A stretch of 64,000 nucleotides of DNA, from positions 23,932,001 through 23,996,000 of the forward strand of contig NC_043017.1 in NCBI RefSeq assembly GCF_006345805.1, given 5' to 3'. Within the stretch, counting starts at the first letter, position 1; each line of letters begins with the position of its first letter. Source of the DNA: Octopus sinensis. Its lineage: Eukaryota. This document shows positions 1 through 14,270 of this stretch, piece by piece. The notes under the pieces were generated by a model. The model saw nothing but the letters and a program-made list of their open reading frames with translations. It did no database searches and was not told where the DNA came from. The position numbers were made by a program, and so were the translations under genes.

Positions 1-2437
1 TCTCCCGATTCATACAAACCCATTTGCTAGCTCACGATTAACAGAACCTCTTTACTCAGCTACGGTGCACCCGCCCTCCCACCCCCACCACGCATGCCGG
101 AAGTTCCTATTCTCTTCCATCCCGGGGTTGCTTCCCATGAAGACTGCAAATGCTCTCACCATCCATACCCCTCCCTACCCCTAGTCTCGACCTATGTAAG
201 GTAATGTTCATACAGTGCAAAATATGAAAGGCTAGCGTTATGCAGGTTGTACTGAAGGCTACTTTACTACTTCATTTCTTGCACATGAATTCTGCCAAAT
301 GCGAGCTTTCTTTTCAGGTACACGAAGCTACTGTCCACCGTCCCAGGGTCTCTAGAGCCCATGCCTTCCACACCCTCAGGGTTGGCACCCTCAACGTTGG
401 CACTCTGAAAGGTAGGTCTGGTGAGATAGTCGAGATGCTTGAACGGAGATGTGTGGATATATGTTGCATGCAAGAAATAAGGTGGAGAGGAGGATCAGCT
501 AGGTTCCTCACAGGCAAGGAACGCAGGTACAAGATTCTCTGGGCAGGGAACACTGACGGGGTTGGTGGCGTGGGTATACTTATCGCTGAGAAATGGGTAG
601 ATAAAGTAATTGAGGTAATCAGAGTAAGTGACAGAATACTTAAGATTAGATTAGTGCTTCATCATAGTTTAGCAACCATTATATCAGCCTATGCTCCTCA
701 GTTGGGGCTACCCGATGGACAGAAAGACCGATTCTATGACACTCTACTGCAGACTACCTCATTGACGAACGACAGAGACCTTATCTTTGTGGCTGGTGAC
801 TTCAATGGTCACGTTGGATGACATGCTGGGGGCTTCCATGGCGTACATGGAGGCTATGGCTATGGCTCCCGCAACGAGGAGGGAACCAGGCTGCTGGAGT
901 TCTGCGATGCAAATAATCTTATGATTTGCAACACTAACTTCAGGAAACCTACCAGCCACCTAGTCACTTACCAATCGGGCCAACATACCAGCCAAATTGA
1001 CTACATCCTTACAAGGCAAAGGGAGAGATGGCTGCTTATAAATGCCAAAACCTTCCCAGGTGAAGAATGTACCCCACAACATAGACTGGTAGTTAGTGAC
1101 TTTAGGATCAGGACTAGGAGGACAACCAGAAGACGACAAATATGGAGAAGAAGGATCTGGAAGCTTAAAGATCCTGCAAATGGATAGAGATTTAGGGACA
1201 TATTACTTGAAGCCTCTGACGAAGTAGAAGGGGATAGAGCATCACAGGGGGTAGAAGACAGCTGGACGTTTCTAAGGGACAACCTGCTGAGAGCCACTGA
1301 CCAGATCTGTGGCTGGTGCAAAGTCCCCTCTCAACCTAGAATAACGTGGTGGTGGAACAATATTGTAGACAGGGCTATTAGAGAAAAGAGACAAGCTTGG
1401 AAGGTCTGGAAAAATGGGGGTAGCAGGGAATTGTATCAGACTGCCAAAAGAGAAGTTAGGAGACAGGTTTATTTAGCCAGAGGGGAAGCAGATAAGAAAA
1501 AATTTGCCAATGTTCTGCGCCGTGAGGACCAAAGACTGGAGGTGTTTCGTGTTGCAAGACAGTGTGTGAGAGAGAATCGTGATGTGGTAGGAGAGAAGTG
1601 TGTTCGCATGGAAGATGGTTCACTTGCGCTAAATGAGGATGCAAAGAGAGAGGTTTGGAGATGCCACTATGAAAGGTTGCTGAATGAAGAAAATGAATGG
1701 GATAAAGAGAGTCTGCCGAATGTTGACCCAACAGAGGGACCAGCTATCCGAGTTGATAGTTCTGTGGTAGCTAAGGCAATTAGAAGCATGAAGACAGGGA
1801 AAGCCCCAGGCCCATCAGGAATCACTGCAGAGATGCTCAAAATGTCTGGTAGTGTCGGCTATAGCCTAGTCACCCATATAGTTAATCAGGTGATACACAA
1901 AGGGGTCATACCCAATGACTGGTGTAGCAGTATAATAGTCAACTGCTACAAAGGTAAAGGTGATGCCCTAGATACAAATAACTACAGAGGTATCAAGCTG
2001 TTGGACCAGGTGATGAAGGTTACGGAGAGGGTCATAGCCCAACTAATTAGAGAGAGAGTTAGTTTAGATGAGATGCAGTTTGGGTTTGTGCCAGGGAAAA
2101 GTACTACTGATGCTATATTCCTGGTAAGGCAGCTGCAGGAGAAATACCTAGCCAAAGATAAGCCCCTGTACCTGGCTTTTGTTGACATGGAGAAAGCCTT
2201 CGACAGGGTCCCCCGATCCCTTATCTGGTGGGCAATGAGAAAACTAGGGATAGATGAATGGTTAGTGAGAGCTGTGCGGGCCATGTATAGGGACACCGCT
2301 AGTAGGGTGAGGGTTGGAAATGAGTACAGTGAAGAATTCCGGGTAGAGGTAGGGGTCCACCAAGGCTCAGTACTCAGCCCCCTCCTATTTATCTTAGTCC
2401 TCCAGGCAATAACGGAGGAATTCAAGACAGGATGCCC
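1..2437 (+). mobile_element. RTE-clade non-LTR retrotransposon (APE endonuclease + reverse transcriptase), young but nonsense-mutated and 3'-truncated
   Basis: ORFs 240-821, 921-1187 and 1431-2492 share one frame, split only by TGA 819-821 and TAG 1185-1187. APE motifs: GTLNV, CMQE, SAYAP, GDFN, SQIDYI, QHRLV. RT motifs: KAPGPSG, NYRGIKLL, QFGFVPGKSTTD, FVDMEKAFD, GVHQGSVLSPLLF. Similarity stops at KTGCP, just before the expected LYADD. Confidence 0.93.
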
Positions 2438-2439
2438 TT

Positions 2440-3400
2440 TGGATAAAACTATGCTTTCTGAGTTTGCAAGCAAAGATTTCAGAAATAGTTGAAGGTAATG
2501 TTAAAGAATTTCCAAGTAATACTTCTGTTAAGGAATAGAACATAGAGACTTATAAAAGATAACTGGAAGTTTCTATGAGAAACCAATCTTGTGAATGGAG
2601 CAAGATTACAGCCATATGAATGGTGACATGGTGGTAGCATGGTATAATAAATAGAAACATACAAGTTAAAAGACAGGCCTGAAAAGAATAGATGGGGGAG
2701 TAGAAGTATATGCAACAGTGGGACCAGCTCTTGAAGCTGAAAAAATAACAAAACATAAAAATAGAGAAAGCAGCTGGGCCAGCAAACCTAGTCACCAAAA
2801 TGCTGAAAATATTTGGCAAAGTTGGACACAATCATTTGCATAATCAGACAGGTAATAGAGGGATGTCCCCTATTGGCATAGTAATATTATTGTCAACTAT
2901 TACGAGGGTAAAGGAATACTTTATAAATAAGCAACTACAGAGGCATAAACTTCATGGACCAAGTTATATAAAAAAAGAATCTGAATTATACCACAGCTAA
3001 TTAGGAAGGAAATTAGTTTAGATGAGATATATTTCATATGAAAGAAAGAGAAAGTTATAACAACTAATTGGGAATAAAATTAGCCTAGATGAGATACATT
3101 TCAGGTTTGTACTAGGATGGGATACTGTAGCTTCCTTCTTCCAAGTAAAACAACTATGGGAGAAGATTTTAGCCAAGTGCAAAGAACTATATTGAGCATT
3201 TATAGACATCAAGAAGGCTTTTGATAAGACTTCATGCTCTGTGTTCTGGTGGTTACATAGAAAACTGTTTGCAGATAGATGGCATGTAAGAGCATATGAA
3301 AGTCATTTACAGGAGTAATTTTTACAAAGTGAGAGTTAATCAGTCTAAATAAAGAATTTAGTAAACTCCATCAGCACTTGGTTCTCAAATTCTTCTTTCC
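2440..3400 (+). pseudogene. Older, heavily decayed RTE RT fragment
   Basis: Frameshifted translations parallel the upstream copy: KAAGPANLVTKMLKIFGKVG, IIVNYYEGKG, NYRGINFMDQV, QLIGNKISLDEIHFRFVLG, AFIDIKKAFDK. Confidence 0.8.
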
Positions 3401-4138
3401 CCACCCCCACCCCGTCGTTTTTGAAGGAGGTTGATGTCAATGGAAGTGATAATGGAGCATGCAGGGGGTTTATATAGATTTTCTTCATTGCTTGTTTGTG
3501 GTTCATGCTAGATATTACTGGTTTTGTGCACTTTTGTTTGCTTTTCTTGCTTAGTTGGAGGACACTGGGTTTTATTTTTATGCGTGGTGATGACATGTTT
3601 CTGTATTGGAAATTGTCCAAAGATCTTTCTAATTATTTTCGCTGTGTAGTTAAGGCTATATTTCTTTTATGTTGCCTTATAGAATATGCTTTATGTAGTC
3701 TTAGAGTAGACTTCTACAACTATTTTGTTGGGTACGTGAATAGTGTCTAAGTGAAGCTATTCTTTCACAGATAACATTCCCAAATGATATGACACCTACA
3801 TTTTACTTTTTTTCTCAACCACTAGATGAAATAAGGTTCTGCAGATAAATAAAGTTCAAACAGTGAATTATTATTTTGTCTTCTTCCTGGCATAAAACTT
3901 ATATTACTATTTAAATTTCCTCCATTATTATTTACTAAAGCAGATCATCACTAGTTTCCTCAGATTCTGTTTTCTTAAATGAAGTGTACTGCCTTGAAAC
4001 CAATTTGAACTTCTAGCCTATGAGCACCAATACCTAACCCACGGGATTATTCTGCTTCCCTACCAAAATCATGTCTGTACTGCCAATATTTCGTTGTACC
4101 TGTAGGCAAATAACATTATTTGAAGTATACCAGTCCAA

Positions 4139-4772
4139 TTAACCATTTAACATTCAGATTATTCAGTTAAATGCAATACTTATTTATTCCCATTGTTTTG
4201 AATTAATCATGAATTATCTTGTAGCTTCAAGATTCTGATAATGTGGTGGTTTAGTTTTAGAATGACCCTGAAGGGTAGGTTTGAGGGGCCAGATTTGGCC
4301 AGTTTGAACACAAAACAGGTAGAATATTTTGGCTACATATCTTTTTATCTTTTATCTTTTACTTGTTTCAGTCATTTGACTGCGGCCATGCTGGAGCACC
4401 GCCTTTAGTCGAGCAAATCAATCCCGGGACTTATTCTTTGTAAGCCCAGTACTTATTGTATCGGTCTCTTTTGCCGAACCGCTAAGTGACGGGGACGTAA
4501 ACACACCAGCATCGGTTGTCAAGCAATGCTAGGGGGACAAACACAGACACACAAACACACACATACATATATATATACATACATATATACGACAGGCTTC
4601 TTTCAGTTTCCGTCTACCAAATTCACTCACAAGGCATTGGTCGGCCCGGGGCTATAGCAGAAGGCACTTGCCCAAGATGCCACGCAGTGGGACTGAACCC
4701 GGAACCATGTGGCTGGTTAGCAAGCTACTTACCACACAGCCACTCATGGCTGGTTTCAATACTAAAGATTAA
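4139..4772. mobile_element. piggyBac-type MITE (TTAA-flanked), interrupted by a SINE
   Basis: Starts TTAACCATTTAACATTCAGA and ends ...AATACTAAAGATTAA. The body is the reverse complement of 8249-8470 and collinear with 11378-11580. Confidence 0.7.
4341..4746 (-). mobile_element. tRNA-derived SINE, family A (young copy)
   Basis: Minus strand begins GAGTGGCTGTGTGG (A box) with GGTTCAGTCCC (B box). Internal CA/TA microsatellite; GACTGAAACAAGTAAAA tail. Near-identical to 20906-21281. Confidence 0.88.
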
Positions 4773-6825
4773 ATCAAAGGTAGTTCTATAGTTTCATCAG
4801 AATGAAACAGGTAGTTGAGGTAGGTGTTGAAATATTTGTTCAAAAATTAATTTGCAAATTTCTCAATTTACAAAACAACCCCCCACACCTTACAGAAAAA
4901 TAATTGAAAAACCATTGAAATATGTGCATACATGAATATGTGTTTGTACGTATTATGTTGGAGTGTGTACATAAATACTGCTCTGTTGTGCAGAGATGTA
5001 CACTATCCTTAGTTATCAACAAACAAATTGTATTTATGCAAATGTTCAGACATTTTTGTCAGAGGCTTGGCACAAAAACTTGGCTAATCTTGCAGATGAT
5101 GATGGAATATAACCAAAATCTACTACCTAGACTAGCAACTATCACACTAGTTATTTCATTTCTATGCTTGGGTAGGTGGTATACAAAATAATGCCCACTG
5201 CAATAGAATATATACTTTCCCAGGTGTTGTATTTTTTCTTAATTATATTTCTTCATTAAAAGCCTCCTGCTGTAATTGTTCATAAGACAACTATACAGCT
5301 CTCTTCTTATTTTCAAAATCCCACATTATCTGTAAGATAGATATTTAAAGTGATGTTTTTCAAATGTCTTCTTTCAAAAAAGATTTTTGCTATATTCTCC
5401 AGAGGCATCTCAACTAATTAAATAATATAATCTTCTTACCCTCTTTATCTAATTTTGTTACTAGAAATTGTGACAGTTTATGGTAGCTTATCTCAGTTTT
5501 CAAGAAAAGTAGCAAATGAGAGACACTTTTGCACCTGGATAACTGCATCCAAAAAGGAAAATACTTAGCACTACAAGCTGATGAAATACACAGACCAATC
5601 TGCAACACCACTGTTTAAAGCAGTGGATAATGCTCAATTATGATTAAATAGATTGGATCAGGGGTGAATGATATGTGATTTTCAGAGGTCTGGATTCTGC
5701 ATTAGGAAATACATTTTTATTGATAGCATGCATGCACGCACGCACACATATACACACAATGAATAAATATAATATTAAGCAAGTTATTAAAAGGTTTCTT
5801 AATCTAATATTTATAATTACACTTTCACAATAAATGTAATTACATTTTTCAATATATTGGATAAAATTTTGCTAGTTATTCCATAATAACAATTTCTTTA
5901 CTAGATTTCATTTAATCAATGAATCCTTCAAATTTATAAAAATAAAAAAGTTCTTCGCCCTGGGTTGGAAGTGTCTTGGTCTTGGGTTTGGTAATGTCAG
6001 TGAGAAATGAACTATTGAACTTTTGACAATCAAACATACAAATGACTCAGTCAGTTACAACTTACTACAAATATAGTAACAGTGGAAAACAAATATTTCA
6101 TATGTTCCAAAAAGAAAAATTACTAGATTATCTCTTTAAACAAGTTCTGACTTAAAGAATTCTCTATTCTCCTAAGTTAAAATTAGCAATTTCTAGTGGA
6201 AGAGAGTTTGTGTGATTATGAAAAGATATCATACAAATATGATAGCAAAGTAAAGTAGAAGCAGACAGTAGAGTTGTAAGAGAAACCAAGGCTCATTATC
6301 TATGAGATATGGTGCTTAAAGTGAAGAAGTGAGCATTAGCTATAAAAAGTGACAAAACAAAAGAAATTATCTCAAGATTGAGAGAACAAACATCCTCTAC
6401 AATCTAGAAAATCTCAAGTAAAGACTCAACAATATTTGTTAGCATAAGACTGCAATGGAAGAAAACTTAAATGTTTCCACAGTATAAGTTGAAATTTTAT
6501 TTCTGATAAGAAACTGCGTTACACTTTATTGATAAGGAAGAATTGTGACTGAGATACTTCTTCCTATCATCATCACAATCATTGTTGCAAACGGAAACAA
6601 TCCTATCAGTTCAAATGCTAACACAAACACTACTATCATCTATAATAACACTATCACTATGAATAACAAACAGCAATAATAATTAAAATTTTCCAACCTA
6701 TTACCATGTTCTTTTGTGTTTTTGTTGTTAAACACTGCTTTGTTTGGATCTCCAATCATGTCCAATGAGCTTTTTCTAATATTTGTTTGTTTTTATATTA
6801 GTTATTTAATTATTTTAAATATTGC

Positions 6826-7030
6826 ACAGGCACAGCTGTGTGGTAACAAGCTTGCTTCCCAACCACATAGTTCCATGTTCAGTCCTACTGTGTGACACCT
6901 TAGGCAAACGTCTTCTACTATAGCCTCAGGCCTTGTGAGTGGATTTGGTAGACAGAAACAGAAAAAAGCCTGTCTCATATATGTGTGTGTCCTCCACCAC
7001 TATTTGATATCTGGTGGTCAGTCAAACATG
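6826..7030 (+). mobile_element. SINE family A, partial and CpG-decayed
   Basis: CAGCTGTGTGGTAACAAGCTTGCTTCCCAACCACATAGTTCC matches the family A head. Confidence 0.75.
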
Positions 7031-8248
7031 CATTTGTCAGTTGTGTCTCTCTCCTGTTACCCTCTACTATTTCGGATGCCCTACCTTTACTACTTCTCTT
7101 CATTATTCCTCTAGCATTATCTCTCCTATTTCTCCCCACCATCATGCCATCACCCCAATCACTGTTCCTCCTACCCCATCTTTTCTATCTCTCCCTAATT
7201 CTTCTTATGCAATCACCCTCTCCTCTAAATGTTTGATACAAAGACAATACACAACAGAGAGGTTGCTCCTCTAGCTTGCAGGATACAAAGCAATGTCACT
7301 GATGGGGGCATTCTGATAAATACATCCAGTACACCCTGTAAATAGCTGACAAACAAGGGGAGAGATTGTGGAGTAGAAAGAACTCCTTAGCTTTTTCTTG
7401 GAGACATGACAACCTCTCTGGTGCAGGTGCCATGATAAAATGTACCTTGTACTTATGGTAAAAAGATTGGTAAATAAGCAGAGACACCATAAAATTGAGA
7501 GGACCTTTTAATCTTGTTTTTTTGAGGAGATAACATCCTCTCTAGTGCTGGTATGTGATAAAATATACATCGTATGCATTGTAAAATAATTAGTGTTAAG
7601 AAGGCAGCAACCCCAAATAAGAACTGACTTCAACTGTGATGACCCTTCCAGCCCATGCCAGGATGGAGAGCAAATGTAAAAGTTATGATGATGGATGGTA
7701 ATGATTAAATTGATTGTGTGTGTGTGTGTGTGAATATGCACTTTGACAAGTATTGTTTACCTTGGCCTTGGGTAAACCCAAACTATCTCAGTGAAATTGA
7801 GTAAACAGAAACTGTTTGGAAGCCCCTGGATGGATTGTACTAGTAATTTAAAGGTCCCGCTTCATCACACTGTGTCATACTGATTCAGTTTGAGAATTAC
7901 CTTAAAGCTAAATACATGTGTGAAATACTCAACCACTTACATATTACTTCAATGTGTAGACAGCTCATTTTTTCAACTAACTGATTGCTCATCACACACA
8001 ATTTTCCTAGTTAACAACCATTTATTCTCGCAAACAAATCCTTAAAACCAATTTTAAAAGATTAGATTGTCATTGGTAGCAAGTTGACCAAATGATAATG
8101 TCCTTTTTGGCAAGTATCCATTGGTGACCATCATGAAGTACTTTTTTCTTTCAGCAATAAACATGTGTTATACACGTCAACTGAGTGAGGATACTCAGGC
8201 AACCAGCCAGACAAACAATCATTCTTCATCTTTAGTGCCATGCTTACT

Positions 8249-8470
8249 TCAACCCTTTAGCATTTAAACAGACCATATCCAGCCCAAATATTCTACCTGT
8301 TTTATGTTTAAACTGGCCAGCCTCTCACAGATACCTAGCAATGTTATTCGAAATATAAATAATCACCTCATCAAAATCTTGAAACTATGAGATAATGTAC
8401 GATTAATTAAAAACAATATGAATAAATAATCATTTCATTTGACAGAGTAATCTGAATGCTAAAAGGTTAA
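8249..8470. mobile_element. piggyBac-type MITE
   Basis: Ends TCAACCCTTTAGCATTTA and TGAATGCTAAAAGGTTAA form TIRs with TTAA-like flanks. Related copies at 4139 and 11378. Confidence 0.75.
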
Positions 8471-10924
8471 GTGGCTGATTCAGTTTCACTCAAAATGTGT
8501 GGTGATATCATAGTATTTTAAGAGGGTACAATGGAGCAGTTTCTTATTGTTTTCTCTTAAAAGTTAAAAAAAACTTTTGATTTCAAAAGGAGAGGAAATT
8601 ATCTCCATTGTATTTTGTCCTTCCGAGATGTAAATATTGTGAACGGATTGCAAATAGGTTTTTAGCAACTGTCATGAATTTGGATTGCCAAGAACTCACC
8701 TAAACAATATGGTACCAGCCAATAACACTGATGTTTGTGACTATTTTCTATACAGTAACTTGTGAGGTAACAAAACAATAATCTATTATACAGCGACTAT
8801 CTTCGTGAGTGATTATCATTTTACCATCTGTTTACAGCTAGTTTGCTTAGGCCATTGAGAGCTAAGAGTCTTTGACATGAACATAAATAGGCCAGTCAGA
8901 TGCAACACTCAATCATCACTACTGTGATAAATATAATCATCATCATCCTTATCAATAGTCTAGTAATTACTGATAACACATTCTTCAAAATGGTTTTAAT
9001 TTACAATGTTTCACATTTATTAAGTTAGGTCTACCCAACAGAGTTTGACATGACTCCAAACATACACAATATTGATTTAACATAGATAAGAGTCTGGTGT
9101 AAGTTTGGAGACATTTTGCATGTTTGTGTAAGTCTTTACAAACATTTAACAATAGTAACATTGTTTTACTGCGAGATATTTCTCATTAACAATGAAGGGT
9201 AAATAGATAAAAAGTTCTGGATTTTTCACAGTGGAGCCAAAGATTTTATATTTTGTTATTTGTGCTATAGTGTTTTAATGGATAAAAATCAGCAGGAATA
9301 ATACTATATGTATTTCAATGACTTTTCTTGGGTCATATTGACAATATCACTAAGTAGGATTCTGTCACTTAGCTTTTCAGAGTCCCCATAAGAACCTGTT
9401 CAAGCTTGGTGGTTAAAATAGAATTCATTATGAAGATAAACATTAGATCTATAGCAAATGAAACATGTTCAATAATTTTAATTTCATCTCATGCATTTAC
9501 AATGGTGAGAATGACAAGGGGAGGCCAATACAATTTGTGATTGAATGGGCTGGAGAAGACCTTCAATAAAAATGAAGGTAACTGTCAACCTCAGACAAAT
9601 TCTACTACATGCATTGAGTATTTTTCCATGTGTATATAAATAAACACATACTTATATATGGGAGCACATACACAAATATAAATAAGATTAATAATAACAA
9701 GCCCACTCTATTAACTAGTATATGGGTGCCTGTTTTTTTTTTCAGACCCATAAATTTTTAAACAACAAAATATAGGTATGTACACACACACACACAATGA
9801 ACTTATGCAGAGTTTCCGACAACAAAATTTCACATACAATGCATTGGTGAACCAAGACTAAAGGAAAAGACACTTAACCAGGTGTTGTGAAATGAAACAG
9901 AACTCAGAACCACATGACTGCAATGCAAACTTCGAGTTATGCCTCTAATACAATACTTGTAGTAAATTATGAACACAGCCTACCAACAAGAATCTTGCTA
10001 TTTTACCCAAAGTTCCATATATACACTTCACAAGTGCTATATCACTTAACAGGCAATTTTAATCCATTTGTTTTTTAATGAAATACATATAATTAAATTG
10101 GTTGGGTTTTTTTTTTACATGACTATCAATAGTTGCAGATGACATTTATTTCATCTCACTAGTTTAGTAAAAACATATTTTTGTTTAGAATTGTTTGTGT
10201 TAATGTTTAATCTGTATTTTCTTAGAGTTCCGGCATTAAATTTACTAATGAACTTGTTATTTAACATTGCACTTTTAACAATGCATGGAAACAAGAACAA
10301 AAAATAGCTTAATTAATATATAAAAAAACCTAATGTAAGAAAAAAAAACCCTCCCAAATAACCATTTATGATTAATGTTAACAATAATTCTAAAACGATA
10401 TTTTCAGTTGTTAAGAAGATAAGCTTAATATTTATGAATACTATATATTAATAATACCTTTTGACAGCTGAATGATGATTTCTTAATTAAGCATGAAACA
10501 TTGTTTTAGCGGAGGACAAATGAAAAAGTTGGTGACATTTGCACTTATTCCAAGGTCACTAGATAATCAAGTGAAACACTTCCTACTAGCAATAGAATGT
10601 ACTTCTTGGACTAAGTTATCTTTTTAAGAACTTAATAAATAGCATTTGTATTTACTACTTGACATATAACATAATTTCTTTCATAGGCATAAGACATAAT
10701 CACTTAAGAAAAAAAGGCAATAGTTACTTGATTTGATTCCAGTACACTGTTGTAACTTAAACACTAGAACAAAGTAGCCTTGTCAATCTCACATATAATA
10801 AATATGAGAGAAATAAGATGAAGTATTTAGACCTACACTGTATTCTTGCTGGAATAAAGTCTTGTAATAAACTTAGAACAAAGAAACAATACAATACTTG
10901 GTTTTGCAGAGAGTTTTTCTTTTA

Positions 10925-11143
10925 AAGCAGCATGCTGGCAGAAACATTAGCATGCCAGGTGAAATGCTTGGCGGTATTTCATCTGTCTTTATGTTCTGAG
11001 TTCAAATTCCGCCAAGGTTAACTTTGCCTTTCATCCTATCGGGGTTGATAAATTAAGTACCAGTTGTGTACTGGGGTTGATCTAATCGACTGCCCCCCCA
11101 CCCTCCCCAAAAATTTCAGACCTTGTGCCTAGAGTAGAAAAGA
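10925..11143 (+). mobile_element. tRNA-derived SINE, family B
   Basis: GCTGGCAGAAACATTAGC head, GAGTTCAAATTCC B box and ACTTTGCCTTTCATCC core. Related copies near 18470, 31905, 34960 and 59848. Confidence 0.8.
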
Positions 11144-11377
11144 AAGCTTTCTTTCTTTTTTTTACATCCTTTAATAGGATGAATTGGCCAATCTTGATTG
11201 TTAACAAATTCATCACAAAATAGTAAACATTTTCAGCTATGATGTTTGGCCAAGGACCCAAAATCAAGCAAATATTGAACTCCTGATTTTGTCAGTTGTC
11301 TTGCACAACTATTGGAATTTTTTGTTTAATGAATTGGAAACAAACCTTGGAAAATTATCAAAATCTATTGTTTTAGT

Positions 11378-11575
11378 TTAACTCTTTAGCATTTAAATTT
11401 CTTTGTCAAATGTACTGTTTATTTATCCACATTCTTTTGAATTAATTACACATTACCTTGTAGCTTCCAGATTTCAATGGTGTCTTTGTATATTTTTAGA
11501 ACGATGTTGTTGGGCAGGTGTAAGAAGTTGAATCTGATCAGTTTTAACATAAAACAGGTAGAATATTTTGGTCAG

Positions 11576-11580
<5 letters not shown>
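11378..11580. mobile_element. piggyBac-type MITE, one end lost in a (GT)n tract
   Basis: Starts TTAACTCTTTAGCATTTAAA; collinear with 4139-4340. Confidence 0.65.
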
Positions 11581-11611
<31 letters not shown>

Positions 11612-11826
11612 CAATCACAGGCAAATGAATTTTACAACCTAACCATAGTTAAATTCTTGAATGTGACATGAAATTTAGGCACCAGTTCTTGCAAGCCCTG
11701 CCTCAAGCCAAGCTCAACTAAAAGTTCACCTACATTAACAATGAATCTTACACATTTGGCATCAGTGTTTTATATATATATATCCACACACACACACACA
11801 CACAAACACACAAACACACAAACACA

Positions 11827-13013
11827 CAGGGTGCATAAAGTATTTGAGGACATACCCTTTTTGGGTCATTACTGCATTTTTGCTAATACTGTATAATCTT
11901 TGTTTCAGAAAATAATAATAGCAGACCCTCAGCTTACTCAAGAAATGTAGAGGCATGCTGTAGATGAAAGATCTTGCAACTTTAAAAATTGAGATATTTC
12001 TGAATTGCTATGCTCAGCCTTTATTACCACAATAACAAAGTTTGTAAGGAGATGAACATGTGTCACCAGTATCAAAGCATAAAAAGCATTCTAAACATTC
12101 TCGAATCATCAGAACACCTGAATTTATCCAGCAAGGTCAACAGACCATTGATTATAATCCCAGAAAGTCCATGAGGTCAATTGCAAAAGATCTCCATGTG
12201 TCAGAAAGAACAGTCAGGAATGTTGTCCATGAAGACATCAGATATAAGTCTTATATGATGAGGAAATGTCAGTTTGTTAGAAAAAGCAAAAGAAAATCAC
12301 TACATCAGATTTAAAAGTCTCTTAAACAAACTGAAAGATCCAGCAGAAGAAGATTTGATTTGGTTTTTCTCAAATGAGAAAAACTTCAACCAAGATCAAA
12401 AAGTTAACAGAAGAAATGACAGATGGTTATGTGCAGATCCTTCTGAAGTTCCAAGTGTTATGCATACAAAATTTCCTGCAACTGTCATGGTTTTAGGAGT
12501 TGCCAGCAATGAAGGACATGTGATGCCTCCTTACTTCTTTCCACAAGGCCTTAGAGTTAACTCTGCCACCTGCATTGAGGTCCTGGAAATAATTGTTAAA
12601 CCCTGGATAGACAGTGTATGCAATGGAAGGGCATATGTTTTTCAGTAAGACTCTGACATGGCTCTAGTAACACAGGAATGGATGATTGAAGATTTTCATG
12701 ATCACACAACCCCTAACATTTGCCCTCCTAATTCCCCAGATCTCAATGAACATGCCCATAACACCAAAGAACCTTTGAAAGCTGTCATAGTCAGAGTAAT
12801 GTCCAAAATGAACCAGGACCACTTGATTTGAGTATGTAGATGATTTAGATCGCATATAGAGGCAGTTGTTGAAGCTGAAGGTGGTTTTATTGAATAATAT
12901 TATAGAAAAGAAGGTTTATTTTTATCCTCATAGTATTTTTTGATAAATAAAGTTATCTGTTTATATATTTTTTTATACACATAAATCTGTCTTCAAATAT
13001 ATTATGCACCCTG
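11827..13013 (+). mobile_element. IS630-Tc1-mariner element, DD37D (maT/Bmmar1-like), decayed with both TIRs
   Basis: TIRs CAGGGTGCATAAAGTATTTGAGGACA and TGTCTTCAAATATATTATGCACCCTG. HTH region SMRSIAKDLHVSERTVRNVV, then FFS(N)EK, VMVLGVASNEG, YVFQ*DS and PPNSPDLN. Contains frameshifts and stops. Confidence 0.85.
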
Positions 13014-13037
13014 GATATATGTGTGTGGATATATATA

Positions 13038-13576
13038 GGTGCAGGCATGGCTGTATGGTAAGAAGTTTGTTTCCCAACCACATAGTTCTGGGTTCAGTCC
13101 AACTGTGTGGTACCGTAGATAAATGTCTTCTACTATAGCTTTGTGCCAACCAAAGCTTTGTGAGTAGATTTGGTAGATGGAAAGCCCATCATATATATTT
13201 ATATATATGTATGTATATATTTATGTGTCTGTATCTGTTTGTCCCCTGGCCGTCACTTGACAACTGATGCTGGTGTGTTTATGTCCCCATAACTAAGTGG
13301 TTCAGTAAAAGAAACTGACAGAATAAGTACTAGGCTTACAAAGAATAAATCCTGGGGTTGATTTCTTAGACTAAAATCCCTTTAAGGCAATGCTCCAGCA
13401 TGGCCACGGTCAAATGACTGAAGTGGCTGTGTGGTAAGTAGCTTGCTTACCAACCACATGGTTCCAGGTTCAGCACCACTGCGTGACACCTTGGGCAAGT
13501 GTCTTCTATTATAGCCTCAGGCCGACCAAAGCCTTGTGAATAGATTTGGGAGATGGAAACTGAGAAGAAGCCCATC

Positions 13577-13618
<42 letters not shown>

Positions 13619-13817
13619 TGTGTGTGTTTGTCCCCCCACCATTGCTTCACAACTGATGTTGGGGTATTTATGTCTCCATAACTTAGCAGTTCAGCAAAAG
13701 AGATTGATAGAATAAGTATTAGGCTTACAAAGAATAAATTCTGGAGTTGATTTCTTCAACTAAAGGTGGTGCTCCAGTATGGCCACAGTCAAATGACTGA
13801 AACAAATAAAAGAAAAG
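13038..13817 (+). mobile_element. Head-to-tail pair of family A SINEs
   Basis: Two copies, ~13038-13421 and ~13422-13817, joined at CAAATGACTGAAGTGGCTGTGTGG. Confidence 0.82.
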
Positions 13818-14270
13818 ATACGCACACATGCATACACACATGCCATGCATCCATAGTCTGTCTGGTTTTCAAAAGTATTCTAAAAGAGGTAAGTTCAGCT
13901 TAAGTTACGGAACACTTTACATAACATAATGGCAAGAATAGTTTCAGCAGATACTGAAATGTCTTTGAATGCTGGTGATGATTATTTAATGTTCATTGTG
14001 AAGGGCTTATTTTTATGCTCACAAAATTGAATTAGAAGACGTTAGACAGACTTATAAACAGACACTGAAGTAAATTCATACAACAGCTGGATTTGTAATG
14101 ATCTCAGGATCAATGATTGCAAAGCCTTTGAAGTGAAGTTATTAAATCTCATAAACTTCTTTGTGTATGTATAAAATACTGACCAATATATGTAAGAATG
14201 TAATATACACCCAGCATAGTTTCAGGAAAAAGAATGAGAAAAAAAGATGCAAAATAATAAAGATGCTTAC

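Noticed and set aside
1431-2492. Stand-alone RT such as a retron, DGR or group II intron
   Set aside because: It is in frame with an APE domain, has RTE-type motifs and lacks YADD, in a eukaryotic context.
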